Below, piece by piece: positions 49,512 through 58,524 of a stretch of 64,000 nucleotides of DNA (position 1 is the first letter of the stretch; the number at the start of each line of letters is the position of its first letter). Source of the DNA: Candidatus Hodarchaeota archaeon (GTDB lineage: Archaea; Asgardarchaeota; Lokiarchaeia; Sigyniarchaeales; SOKP01); assembly GCA_048887225.1 (NCBI GenBank), contig JBHLJY010000003.1, forward strand, positions 96,001-160,000, written 5' to 3'. The position numbers were made by a program, and so were the translations under genes. The notes under the pieces were generated by a model, which made no database searches, had not been told where the DNA came from, and was given only the letters and a program-made list of their open reading frames with translations.

Positions 49512-50771
49512 ATGGAATTTATTAATAATCTTAAAAAGTTAAGTGAAGAAGAAAACAGAGTATTCTTATTTTTAGTAATATGGCTCCTAATCGCTTTTAT
49601 TTGTATGGCGATATTTAACCTTATTAATTTACCGATAATAGGAATTGTCATCTATTACCCATTACTAGGATTTGCGCTTTTTCTTTGGTTTATTTCTTTA
49701 TATAGAAAAAAAATAAGGGACATCTCGACTAAAAAATTAATACTATTACTTACAATTGATATTTTTCTGATGGTAATTTTATTGTTTGTTGTTGTAATAA
49801 TATTAATAATATCTATTTTTTCTTATATCGTCCTAACAAGCTATTTTATATTGCAAGGATGTTACTCCGCTGGCAAAAGACTTGACGAGAAATTATACTA
49901 TAAAAAAGGAGCTTGGTTATGGAGGCGTCTAGAATATCATGGAGGTTTAGCTGTTTCTCTTATTCTATTATTTATTTTTTTAATAGCAACTTGGACTGCT
50001 GCAATACAAACTGGCGTAACAGTATTAATTATTATTGCATATTTAGCGGTTATCATAGTTATTATTAGTGTTGCTATTTATGGTGTTTTTATATCATTAA
50101 TCAAAAAGAGATTAAATGGGTGGCTTGGTACATATTTTATAATTGTTACAGGATACACATTCTATTTAGTTTTAAAGGTATTTATGGGATTATATAGTGG
50201 ATCTAAGAGTGAATCTCCACTTTATATGGAAATAGCTTTAATAATTTTAGATGTTGTTATTCTTTTATATTCTATAGGCTCAATCCTAGGGACTAAAGGA
50301 GAGATATTAGCTGAAAAAATAAAAATCTTTAATATTGATTCAGCGCTACTTTGGTTAATCTTCTCTAAGGCAGCATTGGAATTCGCAATAAATTATCCTT
50401 ATGGTATTTTCGGGGGCCCTCAAGCATTGGGCATTCAAGAAGTCCGACAATTAGGTGCCTATATCAATTTAATTGCAAATATACTTATTTTAGCTATATT
50501 CTTCTTTTCGATCATAATTTTTGGATTCTACGGAATAAGCAAATATAGCGAAGAAAAAGAAATGATGAAAGCAACAAGAAAAGAAATGAAGGCAAGTAAA
50601 TCTGGAAAGAGAGAAGAAGTTGAGATAAAATTCAATGATGAAATGTATAAAATTAAAGAGGAATATATTGATGATTATGAGAGGACAGTCGAAAAATCCG
50701 AAGTTGAAGATGAATTAGCTGAAGAAAAATCAGATGCAAAAGATATAGATAACGAAGATATAAATATTTAA
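49512..50771 (+). CDS. uncharacterised multipass membrane protein, paralog 4 of 4, with acidic C-tail
   Basis: DSALLWLIFSKAALE; charged ~75-aa tail. Confidence 0.8.
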   Translation: MEFINNLKKLSEEENRVFLFLVIWLLIAFICMAIFNLINLPIIGIVIYYPLLGFALFLWFISLYRKKIRDISTKKLILLLTIDIFLMVILLFVVVIILIISIFSYIVLTSYFILQGCYSAGKRLDEKLYYKKGAWLWRRLEYHGGLAVSLILLFIFLIATWTAAIQTGVTVLIIIAYLAVIIVIISVAIYGVFISLIKKRLNGWLGTYFIIVTGYTFYLVLKVFMGLYSGSKSESPLYMEIALIILDVVILLYSIGSILGTKGEILAEKIKIFNIDSALLWLIFSKAALEFAINYPYGIFGGPQALGIQEVRQLGAYINLIANILILAIFFFSIIIFGFYGISKYSEEKEMMKATRKEMKASKSGKREEVEIKFNDEMYKIKEEYIDDYERTVEKSEVEDELAEEKSDAKDIDNEDINI

Positions 50772-50924
50772 TAAAATCCGATTTTAATTTTCAGATTTAA
50801 TAACGATCTCTTTATTCTTTTATTTTTACAAATCAAAAAATCGGGATAGATTAACAATTTAATAATTAGATTTATTAAACATAATTTCAAGAGTTATCAT
50901 ACTTAATTTCATAAGAAGTTTTAT

Positions 50925-51449
50925 ATGAAGAATCTTGAAATCAATGTTGATATAAAAGAAGCTTTTCTTGAAAAATTTGAAAAATTATTTCTAAAAGTGG
51001 AACAATTAACAGAAGAAGTATCCAAAATGAAAATAAAATTGGATAAATCAAATAAAATGAGTAGGACTTTCGGACTCAAGTCGCTTCGAAATTCAGAGCC
51101 TTTAGATTTTGCAAAAAATATAAACGGCATCGGAAGTCCCACTAAAAATTATATTTTATCTATAAGAGCCATAACTGAGGAGTGGAAAGGGCGAAAAAAC
51201 GATATTATGATATCAATTCGTCAACAAGATAAGGAAACTCACCAGGATCTCAAGTCCCTTGGTGTTCGTATTCCCATAAATGACATAAAAAAGATTAGGA
51301 AGCTGTCTAAAGAAGTAATTTCTTTATTATACGTTGCTTGTGAATTAAAAGGGATTGAAGTAAATGATATCCTACGAGAGATTTTATTAGAAGTCAATGA
51401 TGATGGCTCTAAAATGATTAATGAAATTAAAAAAAAAATGATTCTTTAA
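50925..51449 (+). CDS. hypothetical protein, coiled coil + possible PC4/YdbC-like ssDNA-binding domain
   Basis: ITEEWKGR..ISIRQ....LGVRIP resembles the PC4 signature. Confidence 0.5.
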   Translation: MKNLEINVDIKEAFLEKFEKLFLKVEQLTEEVSKMKIKLDKSNKMSRTFGLKSLRNSEPLDFAKNINGIGSPTKNYILSIRAITEEWKGRKNDIMISIRQQDKETHQDLKSLGVRIPINDIKKIRKLSKEVISLLYVACELKGIEVNDILREILLEVNDDGSKMINEIKKKMIL

Positions 51450-51612
51450 GTTCTTCTAATAATCTGTATTATTTTTCTTAGCAAGGATTTTCTTATTTTC
51501 TTAGGATACAATCATAATTTTTTAGAGAGATTGCTTTAAATATGTTAAAATCATTTTAAATGATAACTCATTAAAAACGAAATATTTCTAATATTATGGA
51601 GTTGGGAAAAAT

Positions 51613-52404
51613 ATGAGTGATTATGAAGATATAATTTATGAAGTGAAGGATAGAATTGCCCGGATAACTATCAATCGACCTCAACGTTATAATGCATGCA
51701 CCCAGCAAACCGTCCATGAATTAATTGATGCGTTTGATCGCTGCATGGGCAGTGAAATTGGTGTCGTGGTTTTCACTGGCGCTGGAGAAAAGGCTTTTTG
51801 TACTGGTGGGGATCAGGCTACCCGTGAGAAGGGTGGATATAAGGGAGGACATATGCTACCTCTAGAAGTAGGTTGGCAGCGCGTGACTCTTCTGATTCGC
51901 ACCCTACCCAAGCCAGTCATCGCTCGAGTAAATGGTTACGCAATTGGCGGAGGTCATGTATGGCATGTTAATTGTGATCTTAGTATTGCGGCGGAGCATG
52001 CGCAATTAGGCCAAGCAGGACCACGAGTTGGATCTTTTGATCCTGGTTATGGAACGGGCGATTTAATGCGAGCAGTAGGTGTGAAGCGTGCTAAAGAAAT
52101 TTGGTATCTATGCCGTCGATATACTGCACAACAGGCATTGGAGATGGGACTTGTGAACGCTGTTGTACCCTATGAAAAATTAGATGAGGAAGTGGAAAAT
52201 TGGTGTCAAGAACTGTTAGAGAAGAGCCCAACGGCTCTGAAAATGCTGAAGTATTCTTTTTTGGCTGAAACTGATGGGGTGTCTGGCATCACACATTTGG
52301 GAGTTGGCGGCTTGTCTCTTTACTATGGCACAGACGAGGCTGTGGAAGGAAAGAATGCATTTATAGAGAAGCGAAAAGCCGATTTTAACCAATTCAGAAA
52401 ATAG
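51613..52404 (+). CDS. MenB/BadI-type crotonase (DHNA-CoA synthase or 2-ketocyclohexanecarboxyl-CoA hydrolase-like)
   Basis: AFCTGGDQ, YAIGGGH, GPRVGSFDPGYG, EIWYLCRRY, LYYGTDE. Confidence 0.85.
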   Translation: MSDYEDIIYEVKDRIARITINRPQRYNACTQQTVHELIDAFDRCMGSEIGVVVFTGAGEKAFCTGGDQATREKGGYKGGHMLPLEVGWQRVTLLIRTLPKPVIARVNGYAIGGGHVWHVNCDLSIAAEHAQLGQAGPRVGSFDPGYGTGDLMRAVGVKRAKEIWYLCRRYTAQQALEMGLVNAVVPYEKLDEEVENWCQELLEKSPTALKMLKYSFLAETDGVSGITHLGVGGLSLYYGTDEAVEGKNAFIEKRKADFNQFRK

Positions 52405-53264
52405 TGAGGAAAATGGAAATTAGAAAAGTTTGTATTATAGGAGCTGGCATAATGGGAGCAGGAATCGCACAATTAGCAGCAACTCATGAGTATGACGTGA
52501 CCCTAGTAGATATAAATGAAGATATTTTAAATAAAGCAAAAAATGCTGTTGAAAAAAATCTAAATAAATTTTTTGTCGCAAAAAATAAAATAACTATTGA
52601 AGAAGCGGATAATATCCTTAATAGAATTGATTTAAACGTAAATAGAGATGAAGCTGTAAAAGATGTGCAGATGGTCATAGAAGCTGTATTTGAAGATATG
52701 TCTTTAAAACAACAACTATTTTCAGATTTAGATTCAATCTGCGATAAAAATGTAATATTGGCATCTAATACTTCCTCTTTAAGTATAACAGATATAGCAT
52801 TGAAATCTAAAAATCAAGAAAGAATTATAGGAATACATTTTTTCAATCCAGCGCCTGTTATGAAATTAATAGAACTGATAAAAGGTAAGAAAACTTCTGA
52901 GGAAGTTTTTGAAACATCAAAAAAATTTTCTGAGAGTTTAGGTAAAACTGTAGTGACCGTAAAAGATGCTCCTGGTTTCGTGACAACTCGGCTCATTTAT
53001 GTTTTATGTAATGAAGCTGCGAATATAAAAATGGAAGGAATCGCCAGCTCAAAAAATATTGATATTGCTTGTAAATTAGCTTTCAATTTTCCTATGGGCC
53101 CATTGGAACTCAGTGATCTCGTGGGCAACGATATATATCTACATATTGGAGAATATTTAGAAAAGGAATTCGGAGAAAAATATAAACCGAGCGTTCTTCT
53201 AAAAAAAATGGTTGATAACAAATTTTTGGGCAGAAAATCTAAAAAAGGATTTTACGACTATTAA
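52404..53264 (+). CDS. 3-hydroxyacyl(butyryl)-CoA dehydrogenase
   Basis: GAGIMGAGIA, IEAVFE, ASNTSS, GIHFFNP, PMGPLEL.D; ATG at 52413 is the likely start. Confidence 0.92.
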   Translation: MRKMEIRKVCIIGAGIMGAGIAQLAATHEYDVTLVDINEDILNKAKNAVEKNLNKFFVAKNKITIEEADNILNRIDLNVNRDEAVKDVQMVIEAVFEDMSLKQQLFSDLDSICDKNVILASNTSSLSITDIALKSKNQERIIGIHFFNPAPVMKLIELIKGKKTSEEVFETSKKFSESLGKTVVTVKDAPGFVTTRLIYVLCNEAANIKMEGIASSKNIDIACKLAFNFPMGPLELSDLVGNDIYLHIGEYLEKEFGEKYKPSVLLKKMVDNKFLGRKSKKGFYDY

Positions 53265-53308
53265 CTAGTAGTTCAAACCCTTAATTATTTTCTTTTACTT
53301 CAACTTTT

Positions 53309-54451
53309 TTATTTTAACTCTTCCCGTGCAATAACTAGGTTTTGTATTTCAGAAGTTCCGCCCCCGATCATAAAGAACTTAGCATCTCTCATATATCGTT
53401 CGACGGAATAATCATCTGTATATCCATCTCCTCCATGAATCTGAACGGCTTCTGACGTGATTTCAACAGCACTTTTACTTGAAAAGGCTTTTGCCATTGA
53501 TGCTTCCTTGGTTATATTTCGATCCATTTCAGCTAATTTTGCCGCGCTATAAGTTAATAATCGCGCAGATTGTAATTTAGTAGCCATTTCTGCTATTTTT
53601 AATCTAATCATTTGAAATGAAGATATTGGTCTATTAAATTGAATTTTCTTTTTTGCGTAATGTTTTGAATCTTCTAAAGCAGCCAAAGATATTCCGTTAC
53701 ATTCAGAACTCAATGTTAATCTTTCTACATTAAATGTAGCCATTAAACTTTGAAATGCGCTTCCTTCTTCACCGATCAAATTTTCTTTTAAAACCTCTAC
53801 ATCTTCAAAGTGAAGTATTCCATTATATATACCATTTATTCCCATTAATCCATAAGGATTTTCGATTGTAAAACCTGGAGTCTCTTTTTCCACGATAAAT
53901 ACACTCATTCCATTTCTTGGATTCACATTCGGATTAGTAATACACCAAATAAAATAATAATCAGCGATTCCTGCGTTTGTAATGAATCGTTTAGAACCAT
54001 TTAAAAGGTATGAGTCTCCTTTTTTTTCAGCTGTGGTTTTTATACCTGCTACATTAGAACCAGCTTCTTTTTCTGTAACACAGATAGCGCATAATTTCTC
54101 ACCAGTAGCCATTTTTTTTAAGAAATTTTCTTTTTGATATTCATTTCCATTTTGAGTAACTAGATAGCTCATTAATATACATGGAGTTCGTGTCACAGAA
54201 ACTGCTACATTTACTCTTGATATTTCTTCGGTTATCAGGCAATGGGCAACCATTCCTTGCTCTAATCCCTCATACTTTTTAGGAATTAGAGGGCCAATTA
54301 ATCCCTTTTTTCCAAGCTTTTTTATTAATGTAAGAGGTATTTTCTTTTTTTGATTAATATCATCTTTAATTGGCTCTAATTCTTTCAATAACCATTCTCT
54401 TAAATCCTCTTGTAAGGCGTAATGTTTCTCTGAAAAAAATAATTCGTTCAT
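53309..54451 (-). CDS. acyl-CoA dehydrogenase
   Basis: TEKEAGSN, LNGSKRFITN, QIHGGDGY, IGGGTSEIQ. Confidence 0.92.
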   Translation of the reverse strand: MNELFFSEKHYALQEDLREWLLKELEPIKDDINQKKKIPLTLIKKLGKKGLIGPLIPKKYEGLEQGMVAHCLITEEISRVNVAVSVTRTPCILMSYLVTQNGNEYQKENFLKKMATGEKLCAICVTEKEAGSNVAGIKTTAEKKGDSYLLNGSKRFITNAGIADYYFIWCITNPNVNPRNGMSVFIVEKETPGFTIENPYGLMGINGIYNGILHFEDVEVLKENLIGEEGSAFQSLMATFNVERLTLSSECNGISLAALEDSKHYAKKKIQFNRPISSFQMIRLKIAEMATKLQSARLLTYSAAKLAEMDRNITKEASMAKAFSSKSAVEITSEAVQIHGGDGYTDDYSVERYMRDAKFFMIGGGTSEIQNLVIAREELK

Positions 54452-54686
54452 ACAATCATTCTTGAAATTATTTTTGTGCTTATTTATGATATAAGTTATT
54501 TATATTTTGAGAATATGGATGAACCCATCTTATAATTAATAAAAAAATATTGCTCTTTTCTGTTTTTTCAGTTCAAAAACAAAAAAATAAAGGAATCCTA
54601 AATTTTTTAAGGTAATAAATTGATTTTTAATTATCTTTATTAAATTGGAAAAAACAAATTAGAAAATCTTAAAGTGAAAATATAAA

Positions 54687-55637
54687 ATGGGAATGTTGGA
54701 TGGAAAAGTCGCTCTTATTACTGGCGCCGGTCGTGGACTTGGGCGCGAGGAAGCTTTAGCAATGGCTAAAGAAGGATGTAACTTAGTACTTAATGATTTA
54801 GGTGCGGGGTTTGACGGATCTGGAGGGGAAGCTAAAATTGCTGATTTAATTGTGGATGAGGTTAAGAAGTTGGATGTTAAAGCAGTTGGAAATTATGATT
54901 CCGTTACTGATTTCAATAAAGCAAAAGGCATGATCGACCAAGCGATTTCTGAATTTGGAAAATTAGATATAGTTGTAAATAATGCTGGAATCCTCAGAGA
55001 CCGTATGCTTATCAATATGTCCGAATCAGAATTCGACGATGTGATAGCAGTTCATTTAAAGGGGACATTTAATGTTACCCGACATGCTTGCGCATACTTT
55101 AGAGAACTAGTTAAAGGAAATCCGAAACTGAAATTTCCTGGTAGAATTATCAATACAGCCTCAGATGCTGGATTACTTGGAAATATGGGACAAACCAACT
55201 ATGGAGCAGCAAAAGCAGGAATCGCTGCTTTTACTGTTATAACCTCAATGGAAATGAAAAGAGGTAAATATGCCGCAGTTAACTGTATTGTTCCCGTAGC
55301 TAGAACGCGTTTAACTACTGACGCCACTCCTAAAATGATTGAAATAATGAATAAATTAGATGAACGTGGCTTTGATGTCTTTAATCCTGCTAATATTGCA
55401 CCTATGGTTGTATTTCTTGGATCTGATGATGGGGCTAAAATCAGTGGAGAAGTTTTTAGGGTTGTAGCTGATCGCGTATGGATTTTTCAAGGATGGCATA
55501 CAATAAATTCAATTAATAACGATGGAAAACCATTCACACCACAAAATTTAGCTGAGCGCGTAAAGTCAGAGTTAATGAAGGGAATGCCTAGAAAAGAAAC
55601 TTTGATGGATGCAATTGGTAGTATGATTAAGATGTAA
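54687..55637 (+). CDS. SDR oxidoreductase (MFE-2/HSD17B4-like hydroxyacyl-CoA dehydrogenase)
   Basis: TGAGRGLG, VLNDLG, NNAGILRD, VHLKGTF, YGAAK. Confidence 0.9.
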   Translation: MGMLDGKVALITGAGRGLGREEALAMAKEGCNLVLNDLGAGFDGSGGEAKIADLIVDEVKKLDVKAVGNYDSVTDFNKAKGMIDQAISEFGKLDIVVNNAGILRDRMLINMSESEFDDVIAVHLKGTFNVTRHACAYFRELVKGNPKLKFPGRIINTASDAGLLGNMGQTNYGAAKAGIAAFTVITSMEMKRGKYAAVNCIVPVARTRLTTDATPKMIEIMNKLDERGFDVFNPANIAPMVVFLGSDDGAKISGEVFRVVADRVWIFQGWHTINSINNDGKPFTPQNLAERVKSELMKGMPRKETLMDAIGSMIKM

Positions 55638-55711
55638 AATTTTTAACTCTTTTTTTTTATCTTATTCGAAAAATATTGAAAAAATTAAAAGAAAAAATAT
55701 TTTAAATTTAT

Positions 55712-56491
55712 TTAATCCCTATCAAATCCTTTCTTTCCTTTTGTTATAGCTTTTTTAGCAACTTTTTTAGCAATATTAGCAGGATCCGCTAATTTTTGTA
55801 TCCCCTGTACAGCTGCGTCACCAGCTTGACCAATTACATCCCCAGTAATAGTACCACCTCCCATAAGCTCCGCAGCTACAACTCCCCCTGCTGGTGTTAA
55901 TGCTGCTGATACTATCATTGTAACCGCTGCAACAGCCACGACTTTAGCAATTTTCTGAGAGGTTGGATGATCTGCTCCTTTCTTGTCCTTTACATCCTCT
56001 CCAACAGCTTCTAGTGCTCTCTTCAATCCTTTTATTAAAGCATTTAAAGCGTCTTCTTTTTTCTCTTCCTTTCCTTTATGAAAAACCCCTTCCTTATAAG
56101 CGTATTCTAGAAACTTAGTTAAAGATTTAAACTTCTTGACTTTTTTATATCCATTCCAATCATCTTCTTTAAAGTTTTTAAGCGCATTTTTAATAGGTCT
56201 ACCTTTATCAACTTGAAACATATATAGATAAGGTTCCTTTTTATCATCTAAATATACGGCTTCATAAATCCAATCTCCAGGTTCTTTGTCTTCTCCAATT
56301 AATATTCTAAAATTTATTTTGTTTGTTTTACCAACTAATCCTTTTGAGAATTTAACCATCGCTACTTCATCTCTTCGAGCCCCTTTAATCTTTTCCGCAA
56401 TCTCATCGGACCTCTTCTCGTCGAAAAAATCATTAAGGGCATCCCAGCCTTCTTCAAATACCTTTTTTGCTATCTTAACTTCTTTTTCCAA
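55712..56491 (-). CDS. hypothetical protein with Ala/Gly-rich hydrophobic C-terminal segment
   Basis: Long ORF; AGTGA SD before TTG; VVAVAAVTMIVSAALTPAGGVVAA. Confidence 0.7.
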   Translation of the reverse strand: MEKEVKIAKKVFEEGWDALNDFFDEKRSDEIAEKIKGARRDEVAMVKFSKGLVGKTNKINFRILIGEDKEPGDWIYEAVYLDDKKEPYLYMFQVDKGRPIKNALKNFKEDDWNGYKKVKKFKSLTKFLEYAYKEGVFHKGKEEKKEDALNALIKGLKRALEAVGEDVKDKKGADHPTSQKIAKVVAVAAVTMIVSAALTPAGGVVAAELMGGGTITGDVIGQAGDAAVQGIQKLADPANIAKKVAKKAITKGKKGFDRD

Positions 56492-56663
56492 GAGTAATCA
56501 CTTCAAAATTCGATTTTAGTTTTTTTTTTTATTATAATAATAATAAAAGTATTTATTATTATGTCTAAGGAATCTCGTTGAATTTCAAAAATTTTTAGAC
56601 TTAAATATTATTAAATCTTACTTAATAAATATAGAATTATTATTCACAAAAATATAAGATAAA

Positions 56664-57026
56664 TTGATTCAGATGAGTGAAAAGATATCTAATATTTTAG
56701 AATCCCTTAAAGCGATAAAAGGTGTACACGGAGCTGCCTTAATCGAAAAGTTTGGGTTAATTAAAGGTAGCGCTTTGCCTGGTTGGGTGGACCCTGAAGC
56801 AGTGGCGGCAATGGTAACACTTATTTTGAAAGCCTCTCAAAGAGCAACTAAAGAATTAGAACAGGGAGTTTTTAAAAATGCGACAATTGAGAGTGAAAAG
56901 GGTAAAATTCTCTTTTCAGAAGTTAAGGGTAATATAATTACAATTATTACAACTACAGATTGCAAATTAGGAATCGTAAATTTAAAGTTATCAGCAGCGA
57001 GTTCCGCTTTAGAAAGTATGTTATAA
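56664..57026 (+). CDS. Roadblock/LC7 domain protein
   Basis: GVHGAALIEKFGL..S, AVAAM, ELEQG, IESEKGKI, KLGIV; ATG at 56673 likely. Confidence 0.85.
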   Translation: MIQMSEKISNILESLKAIKGVHGAALIEKFGLIKGSALPGWVDPEAVAAMVTLILKASQRATKELEQGVFKNATIESEKGKILFSEVKGNIITIITTTDCKLGIVNLKLSAASSALESML

Positions 57027-57053
57027 AACTTTTTTTTCTAATTCCTCTTTCTT

Positions 57054-58514
57054 TTAAACAAATTCTTTTAATAATTTATCCAAAATATCATTTGCTAGTT
57101 CGGGATCTGCTTGTCCTTTTGTTTCCTTCATTATCTTTCCTACTAATGCCATTTTCGCTTTAGGATTTTTGCGATAATCTTCTATTATTTTTGGATTCCC
57201 TTCTATAACGTTCCTACATAAATCTTCTAAAAATTTCTCATCAGCTATTCTTACTTTCCCGCTTTTTTTGATGATAGTTGATATAGGAATTCCTTTCATC
57301 ATCTCATCAATATAAGTTTTTGCAATCTTTGTTGTAATTTTCCCTACTTTAATTAAATTAATTAAATCTACAACTTGCTTCGGTTTTAAGCTGGTTTCTT
57401 TGATCTGTTTATTATTCTCATTCAGCCAACGGGCGACATCATTCATTACCCAATTACAATATAATTTATAATCTTCTTGCTCAAAATTTTTATCAATCTG
57501 AACCCCCTCTTCATAGAAATCTGCAATATTCTTATCGAGAACTAATAAATCAGCATCAAATTCAGAAAGATGATATGCTTCTTGAAGTCTTTTTGATCTA
57601 GCCATTGGCATTTCGGGCATCTGTTTTTTGACGTTTTCAATGAACTCATCATCTAATTCAATTTTCGGTAAGTCTTGTTCTGGATAATATCGATAATCTT
57701 CTTCAAATTCCTTTTTTCTCATTTCGACGGTGATACGTCTTTTTTCATCCCAACCACGTGTCTCTTGAATGAGCGCTTTTCCTCTTTCTATCATTTGTCG
57801 ATGTCTTCTGATTTCCCATTTCAGTGCTCTTTCTACTTCCTTAAAACTATTAATATTTTTTACCTCAACACGGGCGCTCCCTTTAATGGAGATATTTGCA
57901 TCCACTCTGCATGTTCCCTCTATATTTAAATCCGAAATCCCGGTATATTGAATGATACTTTTTAATTGGTTGAGATATTCTCTCGCTTCTTCTGGTGACC
58001 TTATGACGGGGTCGGTAACAATTTCTATTAGAGCGATTCCAGAACGGTTATAATCGACTAAGGTATAAGGCGAAATAGTTATACTCCCTTTATGTACAAG
58101 TCGAGCAGGATCCTCTTCTAGATGAATTCGATTCAGTTTGATATTCTTTTTGATGCCATTAATTTTTATAGGAACAATCCCACCATCCGCAAACGCATTT
58201 CCTCCTAATTTATTATAGAGTGTTAATTGAAAGTTCCTTGCCATATCGGGGTAATAATATTGCTTTCTAAAGAAGAAAATAGATTTATTTATTTTGCATT
58301 CTAAAGCTAACGCCAAACGAGTTGCGAACTCAAGAGCTCTTTTATTTATTAAGGGGAGTATACCTGGGAAGCCAAGACATCCGGGACAAACATACGTATT
58401 TGGTTCTTTTCCGTAATAATCGCTATTACAACCGCAGAAAAATTTAGTTTTTAAATTTGATAATTGAATGTGGGTTTCCAAACCAATAATTACATCCTCA
58501 TAATTTTCAGTCAT
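57054..58514 (-). CDS. gatB: Asp/Glu-tRNA amidotransferase subunit B, divergent copy
   Basis: IGLETH, RKQYYYPD, HLEED, DYNRSG, RVDANIS, EVKN, DYRYYPE, YqeY-like tail. Confidence 0.92.
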   Translation of the reverse strand: MTENYEDVIIGLETHIQLSNLKTKFFCGCNSDYYGKEPNTYVCPGCLGFPGILPLINKRALEFATRLALALECKINKSIFFFRKQYYYPDMARNFQLTLYNKLGGNAFADGGIVPIKINGIKKNIKLNRIHLEEDPARLVHKGSITISPYTLVDYNRSGIALIEIVTDPVIRSPEEAREYLNQLKSIIQYTGISDLNIEGTCRVDANISIKGSARVEVKNINSFKEVERALKWEIRRHRQMIERGKALIQETRGWDEKRRITVEMRKKEFEEDYRYYPEQDLPKIELDDEFIENVKKQMPEMPMARSKRLQEAYHLSEFDADLLVLDKNIADFYEEGVQIDKNFEQEDYKLYCNWVMNDVARWLNENNKQIKETSLKPKQVVDLINLIKVGKITTKIAKTYIDEMMKGIPISTIIKKSGKVRIADEKFLEDLCRNVIEGNPKIIEDYRKNPKAKMALVGKIMKETKGQADPELANDILDKLLKEFV

Positions 58515-58524
58515 ACAAAAATCC

